Of a stretch of DNA of 46,018 bases, positions 1 through 8,267 are shown one piece after another. The position numbers and the translations under genes are program-made. A model generated the notes under the pieces. It had not been told where the DNA came from and did no database searches. It was given only the letters and a program-made list of their open reading frames with translations. How positions within the stretch are numbered: position 1 is the first letter of the stretch; the number at the start of each line of letters is the position of its first letter. The DNA comes from an uncultured Dysgonomonadaceae bacterium (GTDB lineage: Bacteria; Bacteroidota; Bacteroidia; Bacteroidales; Dysgonomonadaceae): contig CAYVLC010000001.1 of the NCBI GenBank assembly GCA_964452155.1, positions 1-46,018 on the forward strand, in the 5' to 3' direction.

Positions 1-47
1 AGCTCCGTAGGTGCGAACTGTAATTGAATTAAGAATTAAGAAATTTG
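1..47. repeat. Hairpin-tail repeat copy (GCTCCGTAGGTGCGAACTGTA) followed by two AATTAAG heptamers
   Basis: Positions 2-22 share GGTGCGAACTGTA with 6057-6076 and match the reverse complement of 5814-5834. AATTAAG AATTAAG at 27-40 recurs at 928-941. Confidence 0.6.
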
Positions 48-59
48 ATTCTTACCTCT

Positions 60-884
60 CTAAAACTTCGTCTTTGGTGATAATTTATTTCTCTCCAAAA
101 CATGCAATTGTAATTGTTTTCCTATTTTTATTCCTTTGGCTACCAGTTGTTTTTCTACAGTTTGATAGGCCAGTTGGGGCGTATTGTTGTCGCTGCTGAG
201 GTGGCACAACCAGATATTGCGGAGGTGGCTGCAGTAGTTGGCTGCAAGGAAATCGGCTGTTTGCTGGTTGCTAATATGTCCGAGTCCCGAGGTGATGCGT
301 TGTTTGAGGTGATAGGGGTAGTTGCCGGTGCGGAGCATCTCTTCGTCGTAATTACTTTCGATGATAAGGTGGTGGGCCTTGGTGAGATAGGGGATCATTT
401 CGTTGGTTAGCTCGCCAATATCGGTGGCGAGGGTCATTTTGTGGGTACCAAATTCGATGTAGTAGCCCGAGTTGTCTTGGCTATCGTGAGGTACATCAAA
501 GGCTGTGAAACGGAAATCTTCTATCTGAAACGGTATGCCTTTATGAATGACGCGTTTTGAGGCTCCAATGGGGTGCCTCATCAATCGGTGGGTGCTGATG
601 GCATGGTGCACTTCGTTGGTAGCATAGATGGGTATGTGATGACGGTGAGCAAATGTGCTTACCGATTTGATATGATCCATGTGATCGTGGGTGATGAGTA
701 TTGCGCGGATGTGTTCGAAATCGTAACCGTGCTCTTGCAGGCGTTTGCGAATGGTGCGTACGCCAATGCCTACATCAATGAGGATGCCGTAGTCGCCATT
801 GCCAAAGAAATAGCAATTGCCGCAGCTGCCGCTACTGAGGCAGAAGAAAGTATATTGATCGGATGAGAATAAGTTATGTTGCAT
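60..884 (-). CDS. MBL-fold metallo-hydrolase
   Basis: 274-aa ORF with an HxHxDH metal-binding motif (ILITHDHMDHIK) and a typical beta-lactamase-fold layout. No signal peptide. Confidence 0.85.
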   Translation of the reverse strand: MQHNLFSSDQYTFFCLSSGSCGNCYFFGNGDYGILIDVGIGVRTIRKRLQEHGYDFEHIRAILITHDHMDHIKSVSTFAHRHHIPIYATNEVHHAISTHRLMRHPIGASKRVIHKGIPFQIEDFRFTAFDVPHDSQDNSGYYIEFGTHKMTLATDIGELTNEMIPYLTKAHHLIIESNYDEEMLRTGNYPYHLKQRITSGLGHISNQQTADFLAANYCSHLRNIWLCHLSSDNNTPQLAYQTVEKQLVAKGIKIGKQLQLHVLERNKLSPKTKF

Positions 885-900
885 AGGGGGACAAAGGTAG

Positions 901-1153
901 GAAATTAAATAGAAATTAAGAGTTAAGAATTAAGAATTAAGGGCTGAGAACTGACACTTGAGGGACGGGACTGATGGGCACTTGTGAAATAAAAACTCCA
1001 ATTTGATGGGGCAACTACGGATAAATGCAAATGCGGTAACCGCAAAGAACGCAAAGAAATGCAAATGCTAGGGTATGACCCCAATGGGGTCACATGCTTG
1101 TAGTACTACCATATGTGCTATAAACATACGACCCCGACAGGATCGAACAGAAG
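901..1153. repeat. Composite intergenic repeat: heptamer run, TGACACTTGA/GGGACT/GGCAACTA blocks, then hairpin-tail units
   Basis: (A/G)(A/G)TTAAG heptamers at 913-941. CTGACACTTGAGGGACGGGACT and GGCAACTACGG blocks are colinear with 8268-8435. Hairpin-tail units are GACCCCAATGGGGTCACATGCTTGTAG (1077-1103) and GACCCCGACAGGATCGAACAGAAG (1130-1153). Confidence 0.6.
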
Positions 1154-1439
1154 AAACAGGCTGTAGTTGGCACCGCAAAAGAACCGCTTGCGCCGATTTA
1201 CGGATTGCCCCATGGAATTGGATTTATTTTTTCATAGGGGTCTGACCATTTCGCAATATTTATGGCCATTGGCCATTAAGGCGTTTTTTTTTATTATCAA
1301 TTTTCACCGTGTAATCTAAAATGAGCACAGCATAGTCATTTGAACCGTCAACTCCCCTTCTAGTACCTTGTCTCTTGTCTCAAGTTCCTATTTTTAATAA
1401 TTTCCCCCAATTTAATTGTACTATAAGCCACAAAATCAC

Positions 1440-1447
1440 TACATTTG
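1440..1447 (+). promoter_or_regulatory. Bacteroidetes-type -7 box TACATTTG upstream of thrS
   Basis: Exact match to TAnnTTTG, ending 39 nt before the thrS ATG at 1487. Confidence 0.55.
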
Positions 1448-1486
1448 CATTTTAAAATTAATCTTAGTATATTAGTTATAAGTTTT

Positions 1487-3427
1487 ATGATAAAAATTAC
1501 ATTTCCCGATGGCTCTGTAAAGGAGTTTGAAAAGGGAATTACCGCTTTGGAAATAGCGCAAGGTATAAGCAGTAGGTTGGCCAAAGAGGTGCTTGCTGCA
1601 ACTGTTGATGGAGACACATGGGATTTGATGCGTCCGATAGAAGCTGATGCTACAATAAATTTATTGAAATGGGAGGATGATGAGGCAAAGCATGCCTACT
1701 GGCACTCGTCGGCCCACTTAATGGCCGAGGCTTTGCAAGAGTTGTATCCTGGCATAAAGTTTGGTATTGGGCCTGCCATAGAGAATGGTTTTTATTATGA
1801 TGTAGATCCTGGTGAGGGGGTAGCTATTCGTGAGTCTGACTTTCCGACCATTGAGAAGAAAATGCAAGAGATAATTGCACGCAAAGAAGAGATAAAGCGC
1901 AAGGATATTTCGAAAGAGGATGCATTGAAGTTTTTTGGCAATAAAAATGAGACTTACAAGGTAGAGTTGATTGATGAGCTGGAAGATGGAACAATAACTA
2001 CTTATACGCAAGGCGATTTTACTGATTTATGTCGTGGCCCTCACTTACCAAATACTTCTTATATAAAGGCCGTGAAGGTCTTGACGGCAGCCGGGGCATA
2101 CTGGCGCGGCGATGAGAAACGCAAACAGTTGACACGCTTGTATGGTATAACTTTTCCGAAAAAGAAACAGCTAGATGATTATCTGGTGATGTTGGAAGAG
2201 GCCAAGAAGCGCGATCATAGAAAAATTGGCAAGGAATTGCAGCTATTTGCTTTTTCACAAAAAGTGGGTGCTGGTTTGCCATTGTGGTTGCCAAGGGGCA
2301 CTCAGTTGCGTCTTCGTTTGGAAGATTTCTTGAAAAAAATTCAACTCGAGTTTGATTATGAACAGGTGATGACGCCGCATATTGGTAGCAAAGAGCTATA
2401 TGTGACCTCGGGGCATTATGCAAAATATGGGAAAGACTCTTTTCAGCCCATTCATACTCCAGATGAAGGCGAGGAGTTTTTGTTGAAACCAATGAACTGT
2501 CCGCACCACTGCGAGATATATAAAGTGATACCTCGCTCTTATAAAGACTTGCCCTACCGATTGGCTGAGTTTGGAACAGTATATAGATATGAACAAAGTG
2601 GCGAGCTACATGGTTTAACACGTGTGAGGGGGTTTACGCAAGACGATGCGCATATATTCTGTACGCCAGAACAGGTGAAGGATGAGTTTCTGAAAGTAGT
2701 AGATATTATTTTCATCATCTTTAAAGCATTGGACTTTGAAAACTTTGAAGCACAGATATCTCTGCGCGACCGAAATGACAAAACCAAATATATTGGTAGC
2801 GACGAGAATTGGGACAAAGCCGAAGCCGCTATTATAGAGGCGTGTGAAGAGAAAGGACTGAAAACTCGAATAGAATATGGTGAGGCTGCTTTTTATGGGC
2901 CCAAGCTCGATTTTATGGTGAAGGATGCGCTAGGGCGTCGCTGGCAACTAGGCACCATTCAGGTAGATTACAATTTACCAGAGCGTTTTGAGTTGGAATA
3001 TACTGGTGCTGACAACCAGAAGCATAGGCCTGTGATGATACATCGTGCGCCATTTGGATCGATGGAGCGTTTTATAGCTGTGTTGATAGAGCATACTGCG
3101 GGTAAATTTCCGTTGTGGCTAGCACCCGACCAGGTGGTGGTGTTGCCAGTGAGCGAGAAGTACAATGAGTATGCTCACTCTGTTATGAAAGCATTGAAGC
3201 TAAATGATATCAGAGGCGAAGTAGATGACAGAAACGAGAAGATGGGTCGCAAGATTCGTGACAACGAGTTGAAACGCATACCTTACTTGCTGATAGTAGG
3301 TGAGAAGGAAGCAGAAAACAACGAGGTTTCTGTTAGAAAACAAGGCGATGGCGACAAAGGAAGTATGAAAGTGGAGGCGTTTGCCTTAGATTTGAAAAAA
3401 GAGATAGAACAGATGCTCAAATATTAA
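1487..3427 (+). CDS. thrS: Threonine--tRNA ligase
   Basis: ORF 1445..3427 trimmed to the first ATG, giving [10 protein letters not shown], a typical TGS-domain start. The TTG at 1445 lies inside the predicted -7 box. Editing-domain histidines ([10 protein letters not shown]), a class II catalytic core and a C-terminal anticodon-binding domain are present. thrS-infC-rpmI-rplT synteny supports the call. Confidence 0.95.
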   Translation: MIKITFPDGSVKEFEKGITALEIAQGISSRLAKEVLAATVDGDTWDLMRPIEADATINLLKWEDDEAKHAYWHSSAHLMAEALQELYPGIKFGIGPAIENGFYYDVDPGEGVAIRESDFPTIEKKMQEIIARKEEIKRKDISKEDALKFFGNKNETYKVELIDELEDGTITTYTQGDFTDLCRGPHLPNTSYIKAVKVLTAAGAYWRGDEKRKQLTRLYGITFPKKKQLDDYLVMLEEAKKRDHRKIGKELQLFAFSQKVGAGLPLWLPRGTQLRLRLEDFLKKIQLEFDYEQVMTPHIGSKELYVTSGHYAKYGKDSFQPIHTPDEGEEFLLKPMNCPHHCEIYKVIPRSYKDLPYRLAEFGTVYRYEQSGELHGLTRVRGFTQDDAHIFCTPEQVKDEFLKVVDIIFIIFKALDFENFEAQISLRDRNDKTKYIGSDENWDKAEAAIIEACEEKGLKTRIEYGEAAFYGPKLDFMVKDALGRRWQLGTIQVDYNLPERFELEYTGADNQKHRPVMIHRAPFGSMERFIAVLIEHTAGKFPLWLAPDQVVVLPVSEKYNEYAHSVMKALKLNDIRGEVDDRNEKMGRKIRDNELKRIPYLLIVGEKEAENNEVSVRKQGDGDKGSMKVEAFALDLKKEIEQMLKY

Positions 3428-3437
3428 AAAAATCTGT

Positions 3438-3445
3438 TATTTTTG
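3438..3445 (+). promoter_or_regulatory. -7 box TATTTTTG upstream of infC
   Basis: Exact TAnnTTTG match 11 nt after the thrS stop and about 135 nt before the infC ATG. Confidence 0.45.
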
Positions 3446-3579
3446 TACCTTTAAACGTACGAAGCAAAGTTGCCGAGAAAACCTCGGTGATTCATTTAAT
3501 AAACTTACAAAAATATAAATTTTACCGTTCTCTGATAAAGTTTTACAAGAAAAGGCTTTGAAGAGATAATTTTCAATTA

Positions 3580-4251
3580 ATGAGATACAACCCAAGAGAT
3601 TCAAGAGATTTACATCGGATCAACGATCGCATCCGAGTGCCAGAAGTGAGAATAGTAGGCGATGATGTGGAGCAGGGCATATACCCTACAAGACAGGCAT
3701 TGCAAATGGCCGAAGAGTTAGGCCTAGATTTGGTGGAGATTTCTCCCACTGCTAAGCCTCCTGTATGCCGTATTACTGATTACCAAAAATTTCTTTACCA
3801 ACAAAAGAAAAAACAGAAAGAGCAAAAAGCTAAAACTGTGAAAGTTGTTGTGAAAGAAATAAGATTTGGGCCGCAGACTGATGATCACGATTATAACTTT
3901 AAGTTGAAACATGCAAAGGGTTTTTTGGAAGACGGTTCGAAAGTGAAAGCTTACGTATTTTTTAAAGGTCGCTCAATTATCTTCAAAGATCAAGGAGAGG
4001 TATTGTTGTTGCGTTTTGCAAGCGATTTGGCAGACTACGCTAAGGTGGAACAGTTGCCACAACTGGAGGGGAAACGCATGATAATAATGCTGTCGCCCAA
4101 AAAAGCTCCAACGGCGACAAAGAAAGAGAACCAGAAAAAACCATCACCTACGATTAACAAAAAAACATCGGCCCCTGTTGATGATAAACCAGCAGCAGAG
4201 ATTGATAGCAACCCCTCTGCAGAAAACGAAACAAACATAGCAGCTGAGTAG
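3580..4251 (+). CDS. infC: Translation initiation factor IF-3
   Basis: 223 aa with conserved IF-3 N- and C-domain strings ([38 protein letters not shown]). The start is ATG, with an in-frame TGA at 3559-3561. There is a K/P/T-rich C-terminal tail. Confidence 0.93.
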   Translation: MRYNPRDSRDLHRINDRIRVPEVRIVGDDVEQGIYPTRQALQMAEELGLDLVEISPTAKPPVCRITDYQKFLYQQKKKQKEQKAKTVKVVVKEIRFGPQTDDHDYNFKLKHAKGFLEDGSKVKAYVFFKGRSIIFKDQGEVLLLRFASDLADYAKVEQLPQLEGKRMIIMLSPKKAPTATKKENQKKPSPTINKKTSAPVDDKPAAEIDSNPSAENETNIAAE

Positions 4252-4323
4252 TAGGTGGGATTTTTATACCGCTTTTTTCAATGAAAAATGGAAAAGGATA
4301 ATAAGTAATTGAATATTAATTGT

Positions 4324-4331
4324 TATCTTTG
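4324..4331 (+). promoter_or_regulatory. -7 box TATCTTTG upstream of rpmI-rplT
   Basis: Exact TAnnTTTG match. It implies a leader of about 160 nt before the rpmI ATG at 4500. Confidence 0.55.
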
Positions 4332-4499
4332 CACGCTTTTCTATGGAAGTGATATGTGTGTGATGTTCGGAATGCTCTTGTAGCAAGGTGCAACAACCAA
4401 TATGTGGAGATGTAGCAAAATAGGTGCAAAGCAGAAATAACACAAACTATAACTGACAGATAGAGAGATAAAATTTACATAATAAAGGAAGTAAAGAAA

Positions 4500-4697
4500 A
4501 TGCCAAAAATTAAGACTAATTCCGGTGCTAAAAAGAGGTTTAAACTTACCGGAACAGGAAAAATCAAAAGAAAGCACGCTTTTAAAAGTCACATTCTGAC
4601 CAAAAAGACCAAGAAACGTAAGAGAAATTTAACGAAAACTGGCCTTGTTCATAAATCAGATACTAATAATGTGAAGCATATGTTGGGTTTAAAATAA
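4500..4697 (+). CDS. rpmI: 50S ribosomal protein L35
   Basis: 65-aa highly basic protein with the L35-type N-terminus [15 protein letters not shown], positioned between infC and rplT. Confidence 0.93.
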   Translation: MPKIKTNSGAKKRFKLTGTGKIKRKHAFKSHILTKKTKKRKRNLTKTGLVHKSDTNNVKHMLGLK

Positions 4698-4797
4698 ACA
4701 CAACGAGCGATTTCTTTTTAAATGATTTAATAACAGGATGTATGCTCTAAAGAGTCTTGCTAGACAGGAACGCTAACATTCAAAACAAACAAACATT

Positions 4798-5142
4798 ATG
4801 CCAAGATCAGTCAATCATGTTGCTTCGCGCAACCGCAGAAAAAAAGTTCTGAAATTAACTAAGGGTTACTTTGGTGCACGTAAGAATGTGTGGACAGTAG
4901 CCAAAAATACGTGGGAAAAGGGTTTGACCTACGCGTATCGCGACCGTAAGAACAAAAAACGTACTTTCCGTGCTCTTTGGATTCAGCGTATAAATGCTGC
5001 TGCAAGACTAAACGGAACTACTTATTCTCGTTTGATGGGTGCATTGCACAAAAACGAAATAGATATTAATCGTAAGGTTCTTGCCGACTTAGCAATGAAC
5101 CACCCCGAAGCTTTTAAAGCTATAGTGGATAAAGTGAAGTAA
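4798..5142 (+). CDS. rplT: 50S ribosomal protein L20
   Basis: 114 aa. [30 protein letters not shown] and [13 protein letters not shown] are L20 signatures. Confidence 0.95.
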   Translation: MPRSVNHVASRNRRKKVLKLTKGYFGARKNVWTVAKNTWEKGLTYAYRDRKNKKRTFRALWIQRINAAARLNGTTYSRLMGALHKNEIDINRKVLADLAMNHPEAFKAIVDKVK

Positions 5143-5167
5143 CATTTGCTTTAGGTGATTAAATATA

Positions 5168-5206
5168 GAAAAGGAGATTTCCATTGCGGGGGTTTCCTTT
5201 TTTTGT
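5168..5206 (+). terminator. Weak candidate terminator after rplT
   Basis: AAAGGA/TCCTTT stem with a roughly 19-nt loop, followed by a T7 run. The stem is short. Confidence 0.35.
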
Positions 5207-5485
5207 GTTTTGATGGGAGGGGTATTGTACTCGAAGCCTCCAGCTTGGATGAAGGGAGAAAGAAGTTTTGAAGTACATTTATGAGGTACGAGGTGTGAAA
5301 TTGGTGGTCTGTCTTCTCGTAATTGTTAAACATGGTGAGGAGTGTGTGGAAGAGACTGTAAATCTTGGGCAGCTGATAGGATTATTATTGTGAACCCTAT
5401 GAAATAGCGTATTGCTTTGCTGGATAAAACAGTCTATAAATTCAGTTCTGTAAGAAATAGAACTGACTGACCAACTTTATATTAT

Positions 5486-5712
5486 TTAACCCGCATTATT
5501 CACGTTTTTAGCTTTACGTAGATGCTAGGCCTCGAACTCCACCGATATAGGCCACTATTTCAAGGAGTTTGAAACAAAGCAGATGCGTGAAGATAAAAGC
5601 GAACATAGCCCAAAAGTGGGCATCCACATAAAAGCAAAATAATATATATACTATTGATTACATGCAAGATAATATATATACACTTGAAGAGTGATGAATA
5701 ATGCGGGGTTAA
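5486..5712. repeat. 17/18-bp inverted repeat pair enclosing 192 nt
   Basis: TTAACCCGCATTATTCA (5486-5502) is the reverse complement of TGAATAATGCGGGGTTAA (5695-5712) apart from one extra G. The interior holds the direct repeat ATAATATATATAC at 5639-5651 and 5669-5681. Confidence 0.75.
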
Positions 5713-5723
5713 TCTGTATGTAT

Positions 5724-5731
5724 CAAACCTA
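5724..5731 (-). promoter_or_regulatory. Orphan -7 box (TAGGTTTG on the minus strand) pointing into the IR module
   Basis: Plus-strand CAAACCTA is the reverse complement of TAnnTTTG. It lies 12 nt outside the right IR arm, and there is no protein gene downstream on that strand. Confidence 0.35.
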
Positions 5732-5813
5732 TCACGAATGTTATGCAAGAGTGTGTCTGTTTGCTTTACATTTTACTGTAAAGTTTTATCAAACAGTTTT
5801 GCTACAAACAATT

Positions 5814-6076
5814 TACAGGCCGCACCTACGGCGCTTGAGCTGAGATGGGTATGGGTTTGCTAAAGACAGAGTTGCTCCTCTGGAGCACTTGCAGCTAATA
5901 TATTTAAAAGGGTAGTTCGTTAGTTACTTAAATGTTGTATAATTAAATTGATACAACTCTTTTTTAATGAAAGAGTTTATATAGAAAATCATAGCCTTTA
6001 GCTCCGTTAGGAGCCTTGCTGTGGTGTAGTAAATTGATATTCCTTACACCCCTAGAGCTACGAGGTGCGAACTGTA
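5814..6076. repeat. Cluster of four hairpin-tail repeat units
   Basis: Units are at 5814-5834 (minus orientation; reverse complement GCGCCGTAGGTGCGGCCTGTA), 5874-5895 (GCTCCTCTGGAGCACTTGCAGC), 6001-6024 (GCTCCGTTAGGAGCCTTGCTGTGG) and 6057-6076 (GCTACGAGGTGCGAACTGTA). Confidence 0.6.
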
Positions 6077-6167
6077 CTTTGCGTGTAATAAGAAATAGAT
6101 AAAACACGTAATTTTACTGGTGAGCCCCTATCACTCCTCTCTCTCTATTATTTCATAGTTCTTTTAT

Positions 6168-6175
6168 TATCTTTG
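6168..6175 (+). promoter_or_regulatory. -7 box TATCTTTG
   Basis: Exact TAnnTTTG match, 27 nt upstream of the small ORF at 6202 and about 175 nt upstream of the CDS at 6349. Confidence 0.5.
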
Positions 6176-6201
6176 CACAATCAATTTCACAAAACACTCC
6201 T

Positions 6202-6324
6202 ATGGAACGAGCACTTACTAAGGATTTTTTCAACGCTTTGTTATATAGTCTTATTAAAGACTCAAAACAAGGAGTTTTCTGTCAGACACTATATTCAGAT
6301 ACATCTATCAATGGATTAGATTGA
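6202..6324 (+). CDS. Hypothetical 40-aa small ORF or upstream ORF (MERALTKDFFNALLYSLIKDSKQGVFCQTLYSDTSINGLD)
   Basis: ATG-initiated. It would be the first ORF on the transcript predicted from the 6168 box, and it stops 24 nt before the next gene. No homology can be judged by eye. Confidence 0.25.
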   Translation: MERALTKDFFNALLYSLIKDSKQGVFCQTLYSDTSINGLD

Positions 6325-6348
6325 TACAATAGAAAAAGGAAAATAAAT

Positions 6349-6843
6349 ATGAAAACATACTCAATTGAAGAAAAAGAGAGAATAGATAGAATTCTACAAT
6401 CAGAGCAAATATGTTTTGTTGGCTTCGCCGATGAAAACGGAATTCCCTATGTGTTGCCTATGAACTATGGTTATGAAGGCGATGTAATTTACTTGCACTC
6501 TGCTCCAGAAGGCAAAGCATTGCGAATATTGGATGTAAACCCGAATGTGTGTATCACTTTTTGTACCCAACCTACACTGATACACCAACACCCAGAGGTG
6601 GCTTGTAGCTACAGAATGCAATCGGAAAGTGTAGTTTGCAATGGAAAAGTGGTGTTTGTGGAGAATTTCGAGGAGAAGGAGAGGGTGCTAAACATAATTA
6701 TGCGCCAATATACCGACAGGGAGTTCACATATTCTGCACCTGCTGTGAAGAATGTAAAGATATGGAAAGTTGCTATCGACTCAATTGCAGCTAAAGAGTT
6801 TGGCGTAAGGCATCCTAACTCTGCTTCATATAAGAACAGGTAG
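6349..6843 (+). CDS. Pyridoxamine 5'-phosphate oxidase-like FMN-binding protein
   Basis: 164 aa. The sequence pattern (CFVGFADENGIPYVLPMNYGYEGDVIYLHSAPEGKA) resembles PNPOx-like split-barrel flavoproteins. The family call is from memory. Confidence 0.7.
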   Translation: MKTYSIEEKERIDRILQSEQICFVGFADENGIPYVLPMNYGYEGDVIYLHSAPEGKALRILDVNPNVCITFCTQPTLIHQHPEVACSYRMQSESVVCNGKVVFVENFEEKERVLNIIMRQYTDREFTYSAPAVKNVKIWKVAIDSIAAKEFGVRHPNSASYKNR

Positions 6844-6971
6844 TCTTTTTGATTTTTAAGATAGCGGAATTAAACGTATTTATTAAACTTTTATCTAAGG
6901 TTTGTTGTTCACTCATGATGTACGGCATGTAAAACAGAATTTTTAATTCAATTAATTTAATATTAGAAACA

Positions 6972-7439
6972 ATGAGAAGAAAGAGTATAGTAATGACGTT
7001 GCTAATGGTTGCTGCAATAGCTACATTTGCAAATGCGCCTGAGACCAAAGAGAAAAAGACGGCAGAACCCATTGATCTAAACACAGATGAGTTTGTGAAG
7101 AAGGTGCATGATTTTAAGAAAAGCCCCAATGAGTTTAACTATGTTGGCGACAAACCTGCCATTATAGATTTTCATGCTACATGGTGTGGCCCTTGTAAGC
7201 AATTGGCGCCTACACTAAAAGCGCTTGCCGCTGAGTATGGCGACGAGATTTATATTTATAAAGTGGATGTGGACAAAGAACCAGATATTGCACGTGCTTA
7301 TGGCATAAGGAGTGTACCCTCGTTACTCTTTATACCTAATAGTGATGAAAAGCCAAAAATGGGGCAAGGCAATATTCCTAAAGCTAGCTTGAAAAAAGAG
7401 ATTGATGAGTTTCTGTTGGGAAAAGAATCGGTACAATAA
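6972..7439 (+). CDS. Secreted thioredoxin-family protein
   Basis: 155 aa. It has an N-terminal signal peptide (MRRKSIVMTLLMVAAIATFANA) and a WCGPC active site. Confidence 0.88.
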   Translation: MRRKSIVMTLLMVAAIATFANAPETKEKKTAEPIDLNTDEFVKKVHDFKKSPNEFNYVGDKPAIIDFHATWCGPCKQLAPTLKALAAEYGDEIYIYKVDVDKEPDIARAYGIRSVPSLLFIPNSDEKPKMGQGNIPKASLKKEIDEFLLGKESVQ

Positions 7440-7478
7440 ATAAAATGCACTTATAAAGTAAAATAAACTTCAGAGAAG

Positions 7479-8267
7479 ATGCTTATATCAAGTTTACAGA
7501 ATAGTTCTGTGAAAAATCTTGTGAAACTAACAAAGGCACGTGAACGAAAAGTGCAAAATCTTTTTGTGATAGAGGGTGCACGAGAATTATCGCTGGCTTT
7601 GGCCGGCGATTATTCTGTAGAAGAGGTTTATGTGTGCTACGAGCTATTTGAGAATACACGCTATCCTGATGTGTTGGATAGGATTGATGATGATAGGATT
7701 GTTGAGATAACGCCTCAGGTGTTTCAAAAAGTTTCGTACCGCACATCATCCGATGGGTTGATAGCAGTGGCACGACCAAAATCGCATTATTTATCAGATA
7801 TTCAATTGTCGGAAAATCCCTTTATGATAATTTTGGAATCGGTGGAAAAACCGGGTAATTTAGGAGCTATACTACGAACGGCAGATGCAGCGGCTGTGGA
7901 TGCAGTGATAGTGTGCGATCCGCAAACAGATATTTATAATCCAAATGTAGTGCGCTCGAGTGTTGGTGGACTCTTTTCTGTGCAAACTGCCGTGTGTACT
8001 TCGGATGAAGCGATGGCTTGGTTGAATGAGAACAAAATTGCATCGTATGCCGCAGAATTGGAAGCAGCAGAGTGGTACCAAGGTATTGATTTTGGAGGGC
8101 CATCTGCTATTGTGATGGGTACAGAGGCCGAAGGACTAACCAATAGTTGGCTCAACTATGCAACAAAACGTATAAAGATACCAATGCGCGGAAAGATTGA
8201 TTCGCTGAATGTCTCTGTTTCTACAGCTGTGTTGACGTTTGAAGCAATGAGGCAAAGGGGACGGTAG
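7479..8267 (+). CDS. TrmH/SpoU-family RNA 2'-O-methyltransferase
   Basis: 262 aa with SpoU methylase motifs (KPGNLGAILRTADAA; IPMRGKIDSLNVSVSTAV). Confidence 0.85.
   Translation: MLISSLQNSSVKNLVKLTKARERKVQNLFVIEGARELSLALAGDYSVEEVYVCYELFENTRYPDVLDRIDDDRIVEITPQVFQKVSYRTSSDGLIAVARPKSHYLSDIQLSENPFMIILESVEKPGNLGAILRTADAAAVDAVIVCDPQTDIYNPNVVRSSVGGLFSVQTAVCTSDEAMAWLNENKIASYAAELEAAEWYQGIDFGGPSAIVMGTEAEGLTNSWLNYATKRIKIPMRGKIDSLNVSVSTAVLTFEAMRQRGR

Noticed and set aside
1445-1486. TTG-initiated N-terminal extension of thrS ([14 protein letters not shown]...)
   Set aside because: The TTG lies inside the predicted -7 promoter box, and the conserved ThrRS N-terminus (MIKITFPDG) starts at the ATG at 1487.
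2019-2621. 200-aa antisense ORF inside thrS. Similar shadow ORFs lie at 33917..34372, 26552..26965 and 14668..15081.
   Set aside because: These are shadow ORFs opposite well-supported genes, with no motifs and odd composition.
5521-5550. tRNA- or tmRNA-like 3' fragment (GGCCTCGAACTCCACC)
   Set aside because: The flanks do not form a T-stem or an acceptor stem. The resemblance is limited to a TCGAA core.
5560-5748. 62-aa minus-strand ORF in the rplT-downstream gap
   Set aside because: It spans the inverted-repeat module and TA-rich repeats and has a low-complexity translation (IYIILHVINSIYIILLL). It is more plausibly non-coding.
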